Part shown: one piece after another, positions 22,920-32,143 of the stretch
Position numbering within the stretch: position 1 is the stretch's first letter
Layout of the letters: every line of letters starts with the position of its first letter
Assembly (NCBI GenBank): GCA_964368835.1
Contig: CAYJCZ010000002.1
Coordinates: forward strand, 83,893 to 147,892
DNA length: 64,000 bases
DNA from: an uncultured Candidatus Saccharibacteria bacterium
Lineage (GTDB): Bacteria > Patescibacteriota > Minisyncoccia > Phycocordibacterales > UBA6065
Direction of reading: 5' to 3'
Notes under the pieces: model-generated
Told to the model about the DNA's origin: nothing
Seen by the model: only the letters and a program-made list of their open reading frames with translations
Databases searched by the model: none
Made by a program: the position numbers and the translations under genes

Positions 22920-25229
22920 TTGTATATCAAAAAAAATTCTCGTACACTTAACCTAATGATTACTCGAGAGCTCATTCAATATACAAAGGATCAGCTCGCT
23001 CTAGGCAAGACCAAAGGACAAATACGTCAGGATATACTTTCTACTAATGCTGGATGGTCTTCGTCGGATATAGATGATGCGTTTCGAGGTGGACCGAGTC
23101 ATTTTGGTCGTCATTTTGCACTCTTCCTTTTTTTGGCTGTACTTGTTTTTGGTATGTATGCTGTGATCAACAAAGAGGCTGTTCTGGCGCTTTTGTGGGG
23201 AGAGAAAAGTGATACTGGATTTCAGAACGAACCAGCTGAAAAAAAGAATCTTCCCAGGACATGGGTGAGAACAAATGTTCCTAATCAATCACCATCGCAG
23301 ACTTCGTACGAGGTTGTTTTTGATGCTCCTGCAACCGCACCAACAACCCCCAGTAATCAATCTCAAACTGGCGGTAATGTAAATGTATTTACTCCTTCCA
23401 ATGAAGTAGAAGTGCCCGCGGTAACAAATCCTACAGTGGTTGTACCGGAGACACCTATCACTCCTGTCACACCAGTCATCACCGTTGTTGATCCTACTGT
23501 TGTAATTGAGAATTTTGAGACTTCGAGTGCAAATGATTGGAAGTTTTATGGTGGAGCAGAATTCCCTGGCGCGAGCGGTAATTTTTCAGTTGTATCTGGT
23601 CGCAATGGAAAAGCTGGTCGGTTGTCGTTTTCCATGAGTGGCTCAGCGCACTATGTCCTCGCCTCAAAAGCACTTTCAGTATCTGCGAAAGCATCGACAG
23701 TGTCTTTGTGGCTCAAAGCGCCTCTCGGAGTCAATGTGTTTATTAAACTCGTAGATTCAACAGGGCAGAATTTACAATTCATGGTACCTCGAACACTCGA
23801 AGCTTTTTCTTCTCAACCCGTTTGGACGTATCACACAATAAAACGTGATTCACCAGTCAGTCGATGGGCGGGTGCTGCGGATGGCGTCATTCATTATCCA
23901 ATTACTTCAATCGAGGTAGGGGTTGAGCCTTCTCGATTCACAGTAAACGGGGCGCCTCGTCACTCTGTAGCATCCGGTTTGATTGAGTTTGATGATATTA
24001 GTTTTGATGCACCAGATGTTGCGGTTGACCCAAATAATTCACTGGTGTATCCACTTTCCGGATCGAATCTGCAACAAACATTTGGTTTTTCTATTCACGC
24101 TTCTGATTTTAATGACGTTGCATATGATCGACTTCGCCAATTGGGCGCTTCATTAGTGCGTACAGACTTGGCATGGAGTGAAGTTGAAAAAGAGCAGGGG
24201 GTATACGATTTTTCAAAGTACGACGAGTTAGTTTCAAAACTCAATGGAAGTGGCGTGCGGATTCTTTTCATATTAGATTACGGTAATTCTGTCTATGGTC
24301 TCTTGGGTAATACCGGTCCATCAACTGTCGATGAACGTACGTCTTTTGGTAATTTTGCAAAAGAGGCTGCACTGCATTACAAGAATAGTAACGTCATATT
24401 TGAAGTATGGAATGAACCTAATCTCGACTATTTTTGGGCTCCGAGCAGTAATCCTGCACAATACGCTGAGCTTTCTAAAGAAGTAATACAAAAAATTAAA
24501 GAAGGAAATCCATCGGCCCAAATTACTACTGGTGGAATTTCTGGCGCGGACATTGAATGGCTTTCAAGTATGCTTGCTTCAGGAGGAGCCAGTGGTGCAA
24601 GTGCAATCGGTTGGCATCCATATCAATCATTCGCACCTGAAGATGTTTTATATCCCCTTGTTCGAATGAAGCAGATTATTAGCTCTAATATCGGTGCTAA
24701 TGTGCCAATTTGGAATACAGAATGGGGGTATTCATCGGCATGGTATGGCAATGGTGGCGGTATCACCGGTCAAAGGGTTCAGGCAAAGCTTGCGGTGCGA
24801 CAAATAGTAACTAGCTTTGCGGCAGGTTTTCCTTTTAATACATATTACGATTTAGTCGACGACTCATCTGATACTTCAGCGTCAGAATATAACTTTGGTC
24901 TCTATAACAGATCAGGAGAAGAGAAGCTTGCAGGTAGAGCAATGAGGCTACTTCATGAACAAACGGCTGGGTGGAGAGTTTCAGGCTTTATTTCGACACA
25001 ATGGGGAATTATGCACTTGCTTAAGCTTGAGCGAGGCGCTGAAGTAAAAATTATTGCTTGGCTTGAGAGAAATCCGCAAAGCTCAAATGCTCCAATTTCA
25101 ATCGCGTTACCGCTAAACAAAAGACCTTCATCCGTGATGAATTTTCTAGGTGCAGCAATGACATATGATACCAAAGGGAATCTTTTTTCTGTGAATGTTA
25201 CCGACGAGCCTTTATATATTGAGTTTTAG
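22920..25229 (+). CDS. membrane-anchored glycoside hydrolase, clan GH-A (GH5-like) with beta-sandwich (CBM-like) module
   Basis: N-terminal cytoplasmic segment plus TM helix FALFLFLAVLVFGMYAVI, then a Thr/Pro/Val linker. The catalytic region contains LVRTDLAWSEVEKEQGVYDFS, VIFEVWNEPN (acid/base NEP) and PIWNTEWGYS (nucleophile Glu). Confidence 0.65.
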   Translation: MYIKKNSRTLNLMITRELIQYTKDQLALGKTKGQIRQDILSTNAGWSSSDIDDAFRGGPSHFGRHFALFLFLAVLVFGMYAVINKEAVLALLWGEKSDTGFQNEPAEKKNLPRTWVRTNVPNQSPSQTSYEVVFDAPATAPTTPSNQSQTGGNVNVFTPSNEVEVPAVTNPTVVVPETPITPVTPVITVVDPTVVIENFETSSANDWKFYGGAEFPGASGNFSVVSGRNGKAGRLSFSMSGSAHYVLASKALSVSAKASTVSLWLKAPLGVNVFIKLVDSTGQNLQFMVPRTLEAFSSQPVWTYHTIKRDSPVSRWAGAADGVIHYPITSIEVGVEPSRFTVNGAPRHSVASGLIEFDDISFDAPDVAVDPNNSLVYPLSGSNLQQTFGFSIHASDFNDVAYDRLRQLGASLVRTDLAWSEVEKEQGVYDFSKYDELVSKLNGSGVRILFILDYGNSVYGLLGNTGPSTVDERTSFGNFAKEAALHYKNSNVIFEVWNEPNLDYFWAPSSNPAQYAELSKEVIQKIKEGNPSAQITTGGISGADIEWLSSMLASGGASGASAIGWHPYQSFAPEDVLYPLVRMKQIISSNIGANVPIWNTEWGYSSAWYGNGGGITGQRVQAKLAVRQIVTSFAAGFPFNTYYDLVDDSSDTSASEYNFGLYNRSGEEKLAGRAMRLLHEQTAGWRVSGFISTQWGIMHLLKLERGAEVKIIAWLERNPQSSNAPISIALPLNKRPSSVMNFLGAAMTYDTKGNLFSVNVTDEPLYIEF

Positions 25230-25642
25230 AAAGAGAGGAGTGTTCCAACGAGAGCAAGATACACAAACCAATATCCGGAATTTATACAGAAAAGTTTCCA
25301 AGATTTTCCTTCCCATCCAACAAAGTTAAGTGCTGGCGGAACAATAAATCCAAGCCAGATATAGAACACTACCCAAAGTTCAGAAGCGATGCCTGATGTT
25401 CCAAGATAGGTGTTGCTGTGTGTGATTGAAAGAAGGAGAACGTAGCTTGCGAGAATTGAGCCAGCAAATGACAGAAGAATGGGTTTTAGCATCATTTTAA
25501 ATGATGGTTTCTCTGTGGGCACTGGAATTCCGGCAAGCTTCATCCATTGCTTACCAAAAAGTGGGCCGTACCATATAAATCCAAGTACGACTGATAAAAC
25601 GGGTGAAATAATAAGAGCGAGATAATTTACGGACGCTTCCAT
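25226..25642 (-). CDS. DUF1761-family membrane protein
   Basis: MEASVNYLALIISPVLSVVLGFIWYGPLFGKQWMKLAG matches the DUF1761 N-terminal signature; four TM helices. Confidence 0.65.
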   Translation of the reverse strand: MEASVNYLALIISPVLSVVLGFIWYGPLFGKQWMKLAGIPVPTEKPSFKMMLKPILLSFAGSILASYVLLLSITHSNTYLGTSGIASELWVVFYIWLGFIVPPALNFVGWEGKSWKLFCINSGYWFVYLALVGTLLSF

Positions 25643-25712
25643 AAAAGTTACATATTATTTAATAACCTAAATAGTATATATCGGTTTTACTTTATTTGGG
25701 CATGGTAGAATC

Positions 25713-27389
25713 TTGCTACGTATGACACAGAATCAGGCGCTCGAAATACTTAAAACCGGAAGAAATGTCTTTGTAACAGGGCCCGCAGGCTCAGGTAAGA
25801 CGCATCTTATAAATAAATACATCGCGTATTTGAGGGAGCATGACATTGATGCAGGTATTACAGCATCCACGGGAATTGCAGCTACTCATATGGGCGGAAT
25901 GACAATTCATTCATGGGCGGGTATTGGTATTGCCGCTTCACTTACACAAGGAGACCTCGAATCAATGTTTGAAAAAACGTACCTTACAAAAAGATTTAGT
26001 CGGGTAAAGGTGCTCATTATAGATGAGGTGTCGATGCTCCATCACTTTCGGTTTGATCTTGTAAATAAAGTTCTTCAAAACATGAAGGGTAATGCAAAAC
26101 CGTTTGGTGGAGTTCAGCTCGTACTGTGCGGAGATTTTTTCCAGCTGCCGCCTGTTTCCAGACAAGGTGAGCCTGAAACACATTTCATATATAGCTCTGA
26201 GTCATGGAAGGAAGCGAGATTTACCATTTGTTATCTTTCGGAACAATTTCGTCAGAAGGATGATTCGGTGCTTTCTATTTTGCATGAAATTCGTAAAGGG
26301 GATGTGTCGGAGGGTTCACGAGAGCTTTTGCAATCGAGATTTAACGTGCGAACGACTAATTTTGAACCTACGCGACTTTTTACGCATAATGCGGATGTCG
26401 ATACTCTCAATGAAAGCGAGCTCAACAGTCTCCAGAGCGATGAGGGAACTGTGTACTACATGGATACGAAGGGTAGAGACCCTTTGGTTGCCACACTTAA
26501 AAAATCTTGTCTTGCTCCTGAAGTGCTACGACTCAAAGTGGGTGCTCGTGTGATGTGTGTAAAGAATAATTTTGAGGAAGGATATGTGAACGGAACACTT
26601 GGTATCGTAATTTCATGTAAAGAAAATCAAGATCCAGTTATTCGTACTGCTTTGGGTAAGGTTATCAAGATTGAGCGTGCATCATGGAAGATTGAGGAGG
26701 AAGGAAAAGTGAAGGCGGAACTTTCACAGTATCCGCTTAGGCTCGCATGGGCTATTACGGTGCATAAAAGCCAGGGCATGTCCCTTGATGCAGTTGAGGT
26801 TGATCTTTCAAAGTCATTTGAGCCTGGAATGGGATATGTCGCCCTTTCTCGGGTAAGAACACTTGATGGGCTGACGATTTTGGGAATGAATGAAACGGCG
26901 CTTTCTGTTCATAACGAAGTGCTCGAGTTTGATGCGGAACTTCAAGCGCTCTCAGCTGAAGCTGAATCGGATCTGGAAGAAACAAAGCCAAAGGATCTCA
27001 AAAAGGAACAAGAGGACTTTCTTGATCTCAACCGGCCGCTTCCAAAGGAAAAGAAGTTATCGACATTCGATGAGACCTTGGAGCTACTCGAAGAAAAGAA
27101 AAGCGTTGAAGAAATAGCTAAAGAGAGGGGAATTACCCAGGAAACTGTTGTTGCTCATATTGAAAAGTTGCTTGAAATGAAAGTGCCGGTTGATATTTCA
27201 TACTTAAAATATGAAATAAGTGTCGCACACTGGAAAAAAATCGATAAAGCAATTAAGGAACTGACTCAGGATACTGACGAGGTGATGCTTTCGCCTATAA
27301 AGAGTAAGGTTGGTGCAAACGTCTCGTTTTTGCATATAAGGTTGGCGAGGGCGATCATGGGATTTGCGCCAGGAAAGAAAGAAAAGTAG
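25713..27389 (+). CDS. PIF1/RecD-like ATP-dependent DNA helicase with C-terminal HTH domain
   Basis: Walker A GPAGSGKT, IIDEVSM (motif II), LCGDFFQLPPV and AITVHKSQGMSLD (PIF1/RecD family motifs); C-terminal helix-turn-helix region. Confidence 0.85.
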   Translation: MLRMTQNQALEILKTGRNVFVTGPAGSGKTHLINKYIAYLREHDIDAGITASTGIAATHMGGMTIHSWAGIGIAASLTQGDLESMFEKTYLTKRFSRVKVLIIDEVSMLHHFRFDLVNKVLQNMKGNAKPFGGVQLVLCGDFFQLPPVSRQGEPETHFIYSSESWKEARFTICYLSEQFRQKDDSVLSILHEIRKGDVSEGSRELLQSRFNVRTTNFEPTRLFTHNADVDTLNESELNSLQSDEGTVYYMDTKGRDPLVATLKKSCLAPEVLRLKVGARVMCVKNNFEEGYVNGTLGIVISCKENQDPVIRTALGKVIKIERASWKIEEEGKVKAELSQYPLRLAWAITVHKSQGMSLDAVEVDLSKSFEPGMGYVALSRVRTLDGLTILGMNETALSVHNEVLEFDAELQALSAEAESDLEETKPKDLKKEQEDFLDLNRPLPKEKKLSTFDETLELLEEKKSVEEIAKERGITQETVVAHIEKLLEMKVPVDISYLKYEISVAHWKKIDKAIKELTQDTDEVMLSPIKSKVGANVSFLHIRLARAIMGFAPGKKEK

Positions 27390-27398
27390 AATCGCTTT

Positions 27399-28007
27399 GT
27401 GAAAAATAATATCTTATCTCGAATTTTTGCAGTACTTGTGCCGGTTCTAATACTTGTTGGTATTTTTTATTGGATAGCAAGTGGTGATGAGAATACTTTG
27501 GTGATAAAGGGAAGTAGCTGTGAAAACATGCTTTTGGAAAGGATGAAGACCTCGGGTGTATCATATGATGTTTTAGATGAAGAAGTTTACACAGGACAAG
27601 TTGCCGGGGTGCGTTTTGATGGGAATTTCCCAGAAGCTAAAATGTTTCAGACTAAAATCCGTGAGGCGGCTCAGCAGGGGCCTAATTTTGCAGGTCACTA
27701 TACTGTAGCAACCTGGGGGTGTGGTTCGGGATGTCAGCAGCACGCTGTCGTAGATGCTCAAAGCGGTGACGTTATTTCATTTGGGATCACAACCGAAATG
27801 GGACTCAAGTATTATCCTAATAGTAGGATTTTAATAACAAACCCCGCAGAAAACTTTCCGAAGATTTTAGAGGGAGGTATGACCAAAAGCGAAATTGAGA
27901 CGACCTGGTCAAAGCTTCCGCGAGAGTATTATGTGCTTACAGAAAACGCTGACACTCCTTATCTTGAGAAAATTTGCACAGAGAATCCTTTTGAACAAGG
28001 AGTATAG
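27399..28007 (+). CDS. hypothetical membrane-anchored/secreted protein
   Basis: N-terminal TM helix IFAVLVPVLILVGIFYWI, several Cys residues, and a strong terminator downstream. Confidence 0.55.
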   Translation: MKNNILSRIFAVLVPVLILVGIFYWIASGDENTLVIKGSSCENMLLERMKTSGVSYDVLDEEVYTGQVAGVRFDGNFPEAKMFQTKIREAAQQGPNFAGHYTVATWGCGSGCQQHAVVDAQSGDVISFGITTEMGLKYYPNSRILITNPAENFPKILEGGMTKSEIETTWSKLPREYYVLTENADTPYLEKICTENPFEQGV

Positions 28008-28022
28008 AAATTGACTCATGTA

Positions 28023-28055
28023 AAGCACCGTTCTCAAACGGTGTTTTTTATTTTT
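28023..28055 (+). terminator. rho-independent terminator
   Basis: CACCGTT-ctca-AACGGTG hairpin followed by TTTTTTATTTTTT. Confidence 0.8.
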
Positions 28056-28163
28056 TCTTCAGAATTTCTTTCATATTTCTTGAGCTCTATTTTCTATTGT
28101 TGATGCGGACAGGCAATTCCGCCTCGTTCTTTCAAAACAAAATACAAACTACCTCGTACTCCA

Positions 28164-29312
28164 ATGAACATTGGATCTCTCGGGCTTTTCACAGCCCTTT
28201 TAGTGTCAGTGGTGCGGCTTTCAGCTGCAACACTTGTGTATCAACCAAGTCCGTACAAGGGTAAGGATATTTGGATCTCAAGTTATTACAGCTATAACGA
28301 CGATTATGGTGTGAATGATGGTCGTCTGCGTGTTGGTGGGTGGGGTGATTGGTACAATTCAGCACTTAAGTTTGATCTTGAAGGATTACCCAAAAATCCT
28401 ACTCAAGTTGTGCTGGCGCTCTATCCATTTCCCGCAAATGATGGATCAACAACTGTTTCATCAAATGTTTGGCGGCTTACGAACAACTGGGATGAAAATT
28501 CTGGTTGGCGTAACACTCAATGGACTGGGTATCAGTTGGGGACGATTCCAGCGCCGACAAATCATATGTGGCAAGGCATGATCATTACTTCTACATATAA
28601 TCTGTGGAAGTCAGATCCTTCGATAAATCATGGGATTATGCTTGCGCCGACAGCCAATAATAATCGTCTGAATAATTACTTGAGCTCCGATTATGAGACA
28701 AAGGGTTACCGGCCATACTTGCATATTACTTACGATGAGACAGTGACACCTCCTAACTTTAAGCTGCCGTTACCAGGCGGAAGAAGGTGGGTTGTGACAA
28801 CAGAAATCGGAAGTGGGGATGCGAAGAGTCCGAGTTCTGTTCTCGACTCACATATTGGGAGTAATTATTTTTCTCTCGATTTCGGCACAGGAAGTATTCC
28901 AGCATATTCAGGACCTATTCCTATCTATGCATCTGCGGCTGGAAAAGTAATTGTAGCTACGTATAACCAATTCAACGGAAATCACGTCGTGATTGATCAT
29001 GATTATGATGGGAGAGAAGATACCGGTTTCACAAGCAGGTATCTTCACTTCAGCAATTGGCCGTCAGTGTATGTTGGGCAGAATGTGACGCAGGGACAGC
29101 TCCTTGGATATATGGGGAATACTGGTGATGTAATTAATGGAGGCGTGCATCTGCATTTCGGGATTAGATATAACGGCTCAGGCGCTTCTTCAGTTAACGA
29201 ACTATCGTTTGTGAAGCTCGAAGGATGGCATATGAAGCAGTTTCAAACTGAAGTGGATGGAACGGGGAATAGGAATATAAATTCGTATTACACATCGACG
29301 AACACTCCTTGA
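28164..29312 (+). CDS. secreted M23-family (LytM-like) metallopeptidase with N-terminal DNRLRE-like domain
   Basis: Signal peptide. C-terminal region contains GNHVVIDHDYDG...YLHFS...GQLLGYMGNTG...GVHLHFGIR (the HxxxD and HxH M23 motifs). N-terminus contains NDGRLRVGGWGDWYNSALKFDL (DNRLRE-type). Confidence 0.75.
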   Translation: MNIGSLGLFTALLVSVVRLSAATLVYQPSPYKGKDIWISSYYSYNDDYGVNDGRLRVGGWGDWYNSALKFDLEGLPKNPTQVVLALYPFPANDGSTTVSSNVWRLTNNWDENSGWRNTQWTGYQLGTIPAPTNHMWQGMIITSTYNLWKSDPSINHGIMLAPTANNNRLNNYLSSDYETKGYRPYLHITYDETVTPPNFKLPLPGGRRWVVTTEIGSGDAKSPSSVLDSHIGSNYFSLDFGTGSIPAYSGPIPIYASAAGKVIVATYNQFNGNHVVIDHDYDGREDTGFTSRYLHFSNWPSVYVGQNVTQGQLLGYMGNTGDVINGGVHLHFGIRYNGSGASSVNELSFVKLEGWHMKQFQTEVDGTGNRNINSYYTSTNTP

Positions 29313-29320
29313 TATCTAAC

Positions 29321-29353
29321 AAGTCATTCTCAAAAGAATGACTTTTTTATTTA
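29321..29353. terminator. bidirectional rho-independent terminator
   Basis: AAGTCATTCT-caaa-AGAATGACTT hairpin flanked by A and T runs, lying between convergent genes. Confidence 0.75.
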
Positions 29354-29874
29354 TCCCAGATGTCTACAAATGAAGCACAGGGTGGAGCATCTTTAGCTTC
29401 CTGTATTTTATGCGACATGATTACCGTGGTTTGGTTCTGTGGTGTGGAGGATTTAATTTTTTCTATGAGTTCGGCACGTATATCTTTAAAATTTAGATGT
29501 ATTCTCAAATTTCCGTCGGGCAGTATTGAATTTACAGTGTTTCCAATTCTGACTGTATTAATTAAGTCCTCTATGAGCGGATTGTCATTTTTGGTCACAA
29601 CAAACGCGTCGCAAGATGTTGTTCCGTAATAGAATCCATCGGCAACGCGAATTTTCTCATATTGCATATAATACCCAGTCACAACATATGGAGTTGAGGT
29701 CGCTTGCGCCTTTGGTATGACAGAAATTTCATCGACATTTGTCTGAGCTGGGGTAATTTTCACTCCAGGATTTAATATTGTCGGCTTTTTCGCTAGTGGA
29801 TCAAGCACAAATGAAAGACCTAGCACAACCAACACCACACCAGTCCAAACGAGAGTCTTACCAAAATTTGTCAT
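29347..29874 (-). CDS. hypothetical membrane-anchored protein
   Basis: 175-aa ORF with N-terminal TM helix LVWTGVVLVVLGLSFVL; terminates at the bidirectional terminator. Confidence 0.55.
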   Translation of the reverse strand: MTNFGKTLVWTGVVLVVLGLSFVLDPLAKKPTILNPGVKITPAQTNVDEISVIPKAQATSTPYVVTGYYMQYEKIRVADGFYYGTTSCDAFVVTKNDNPLIEDLINTVRIGNTVNSILPDGNLRIHLNFKDIRAELIEKIKSSTPQNQTTVIMSHKIQEAKDAPPCASFVDIWDK

Positions 29875-30056
29875 GACACTAGGATATCAGACCCAAGATA
29901 AAGAAAAATTAAACCAGCTGTGAGCAAGGTGTGATTGACAGACCATACAAAACCTGCTATTATCATCCTACAACCTTAATTCTCCTCATTATTAGGAGAA
30001 AAAGTGCTCTGAATCTTGTCATGTAAGTGACCTAAAGACTCGGGTCACACCAATAT

Positions 30057-31550
30057 ATGACATCAATAAAAATAGCTGAAGCAGCTTCTCCGGAAGCAGT
30101 TTCTTTTAAAAGTTTACACGTAAGCGATAAAGTTCTTGCAGTTTTGGAAAAGAACGGTTTCGTCACGCCAACACCTATCCAAGCAAAGGTGGTACCTATC
30201 GGTATAGAAGGCAAAGACATCATCGGTATTGCTCAGACAGGAACAGGAAAGACTCTCGGGTTCGGTATTCCTATGATAGAGCGCTTGCTCGCCAACAAAG
30301 AGAAACGAGGTCTCGTACTTTTGCCTACGCGAGAACTCGCACTACAGGTAGATGAAACACTTCGAAAAATCGGTACTCCACTTGGCATACAAACAACAGT
30401 GCTTATTGGAGGTGACTCAATGGGACGACAGGTTCGCGATCTTCGCTACGGTCCAGACATCGTAATTGCAACTCCTGGCCGACTTATCGACCATCTTAAA
30501 CAGGGAAATATCAAATTCGATCGAGTTGGAATTCTCGTCCTCGACGAAGCAGACCACATGTTTGATATCGGATTTGCTCCTCAAATTAAAGAAATCGTAA
30601 AGAAAGTTCCAAAGGACCGACAGACGATGCTTTTCTCAGCTACTATGCCGGAGCCTATTGCTCGACTCGCAACAGAGCACATGCAGTTGCCACTTCGTAT
30701 CGAAGTTGCACCAGCAGGAACTGCTAACAAAAACGTTGAACAAGAAATTATCATTGTTGAACGAAAATCTAAATTTAATCTTCTCGTAAAGCTTATTGGC
30801 GAACATCCAGCTTCACCGGTTCTTGTATTTACTCGAACAAAGCATGGTGCAAAAGAAATTGCAGAAGATCTAAGACGAATTGGTACGACTGCAGCAGAGA
30901 TTCACTCTAACCGATCGCTTGGCCAGAGACGCGAAGCTCTCGATGGATTTAAGAAACATAAGTATCAGGTTCTTGTGGCGACTGATATCGCAGCACGAGG
31001 TATTGATGTGAAAGACATTAGCCTTGTTGTTAACTACGACCTCCCAGAGCAGTCAGAAGACTATGTACACCGAATCGGCCGAACTGGTCGTGCTGGAAAG
31101 GAAGGTAAGGCGGTATCATTTGCGACACCTGATCAGAAGCGAGACATTATGGACATTGAGCGACTCATTAAGAAGTCGATTCCAACAAAGAGCCATGAAG
31201 GTGCAGCTATGAGCTCATATTCAGCTCCACGACCGTTTTACGGCGGTTCAAGGGGTGGATATAGAGGCGGAGCTTCATCACGAGGCCCACGACGATTTGG
31301 ACCACCTGGCGCATTCAAGGTTCACACTAATCAGCCATACAAGGGCGGCGCACCACGATCATCATCAAGCACATCAGCACCACAAAGCGATCGACCATCA
31401 TACGGCGGATCACGCGGCGGTGGATTTGGTCCACGAAAGCCATTTGCAGCACGAGGCAGCAAATTTGCTCGACCACTCAAGACTGACGCATCAAAGTCAA
31501 AGACTTTGGGTGATGGTTACCGAAGAGTTTTCAGAAAAGGAGTACGATAA
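30057..31550 (+). CDS. DEAD-box ATP-dependent RNA helicase with C-terminal Arg/Gly-rich tail
   Basis: Q-motif region, AQTGTGKT, PTRELALQ, DEAD, SAT and HRIGRTGRAG motifs; C-terminal RGG/SRGG low-complexity tail. Confidence 0.9.
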   Translation: MTSIKIAEAASPEAVSFKSLHVSDKVLAVLEKNGFVTPTPIQAKVVPIGIEGKDIIGIAQTGTGKTLGFGIPMIERLLANKEKRGLVLLPTRELALQVDETLRKIGTPLGIQTTVLIGGDSMGRQVRDLRYGPDIVIATPGRLIDHLKQGNIKFDRVGILVLDEADHMFDIGFAPQIKEIVKKVPKDRQTMLFSATMPEPIARLATEHMQLPLRIEVAPAGTANKNVEQEIIIVERKSKFNLLVKLIGEHPASPVLVFTRTKHGAKEIAEDLRRIGTTAAEIHSNRSLGQRREALDGFKKHKYQVLVATDIAARGIDVKDISLVVNYDLPEQSEDYVHRIGRTGRAGKEGKAVSFATPDQKRDIMDIERLIKKSIPTKSHEGAAMSSYSAPRPFYGGSRGGYRGGASSRGPRRFGPPGAFKVHTNQPYKGGAPRSSSSTSAPQSDRPSYGGSRGGGFGPRKPFAARGSKFARPLKTDASKSKTLGDGYRRVFRKGVR

Positions 31551-31581
31551 AAAAAGCCCCCGGAATTACGGGGGCTTTTGC
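31551..31581 (+). terminator. rho-independent terminator
   Basis: GCCCCCG-gaatta-CGGGGGC hairpin followed by TTTTGC. Confidence 0.75.
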
Positions 31582-31582
31582 A

Positions 31583-32143
31583 TTATGATGCAACCCTCAT
31601 GGGCTGATCAACAAACTTTTCGGTCCAACCATTCGCTTCTGCCTTTGCCTTCCGTTCCTTTGCCACGGTGAGCGCGTATTCAAAGGATTGAATCGGTATC
31701 CTGTGACACGGACCAAGGGGCCTCGTTTTGCGCAAAGACGGCTTGGTATTATCGTGAATAAAGAAAATGGGTTTGGTGTGGAAAGAGCTTCCAACAGGAC
31801 CCGGTACGGTCTTTCTGATTTCGATTGTTGCGGAACTTACAACGTCCGGGTGTCGTAACGTGGCGAAAACAAATGCACAACTGCATACATCTGTCGCGAA
31901 GTTTTTTGGAGGATTCATGTATGGAACAAGGGTTGATCTGTGAAGTAGACTACAACTACTATCGCCAGAAGTCAAGTAACGATTCCTTTTATTATCAGGC
32001 TTTTTAAGGTACTCTAGTGTTCTTATGGCTTCTACTGACGTAGTGCTTAGATTCGATGATGTGTCATTTGAATATGGACACAACAAGCCCATCCTTGATG
32101 AGGTGGATTTTTCTGTGCGTCGAGGGTCAAAAATTACGATCAT
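31583..32143 (-). CDS. hypothetical protein (uncertain)
   Basis: 186-aa ORF with no recognisable domain that fills the 440-bp gap between convergent and divergent neighbours. Its N-terminal 40 codons overlap the ABC-F gene start. Confidence 0.3.
   Translation of the reverse strand: MIVIFDPRRTEKSTSSRMGLLCPYSNDTSSNLSTTSVEAIRTLEYLKKPDNKRNRYLTSGDSSCSLLHRSTLVPYMNPPKNFATDVCSCAFVFATLRHPDVVSSATIEIRKTVPGPVGSSFHTKPIFFIHDNTKPSLRKTRPLGPCHRIPIQSFEYALTVAKERKAKAEANGWTEKFVDQPMRVAS

Noticed and set aside
25962-26553. ORFs 25962-26183 (minus strand) and 26092-26553 (plus strand) inside the helicase gene
   Set aside because: They are contained within the well-supported PIF1-like helicase CDS in other frames.
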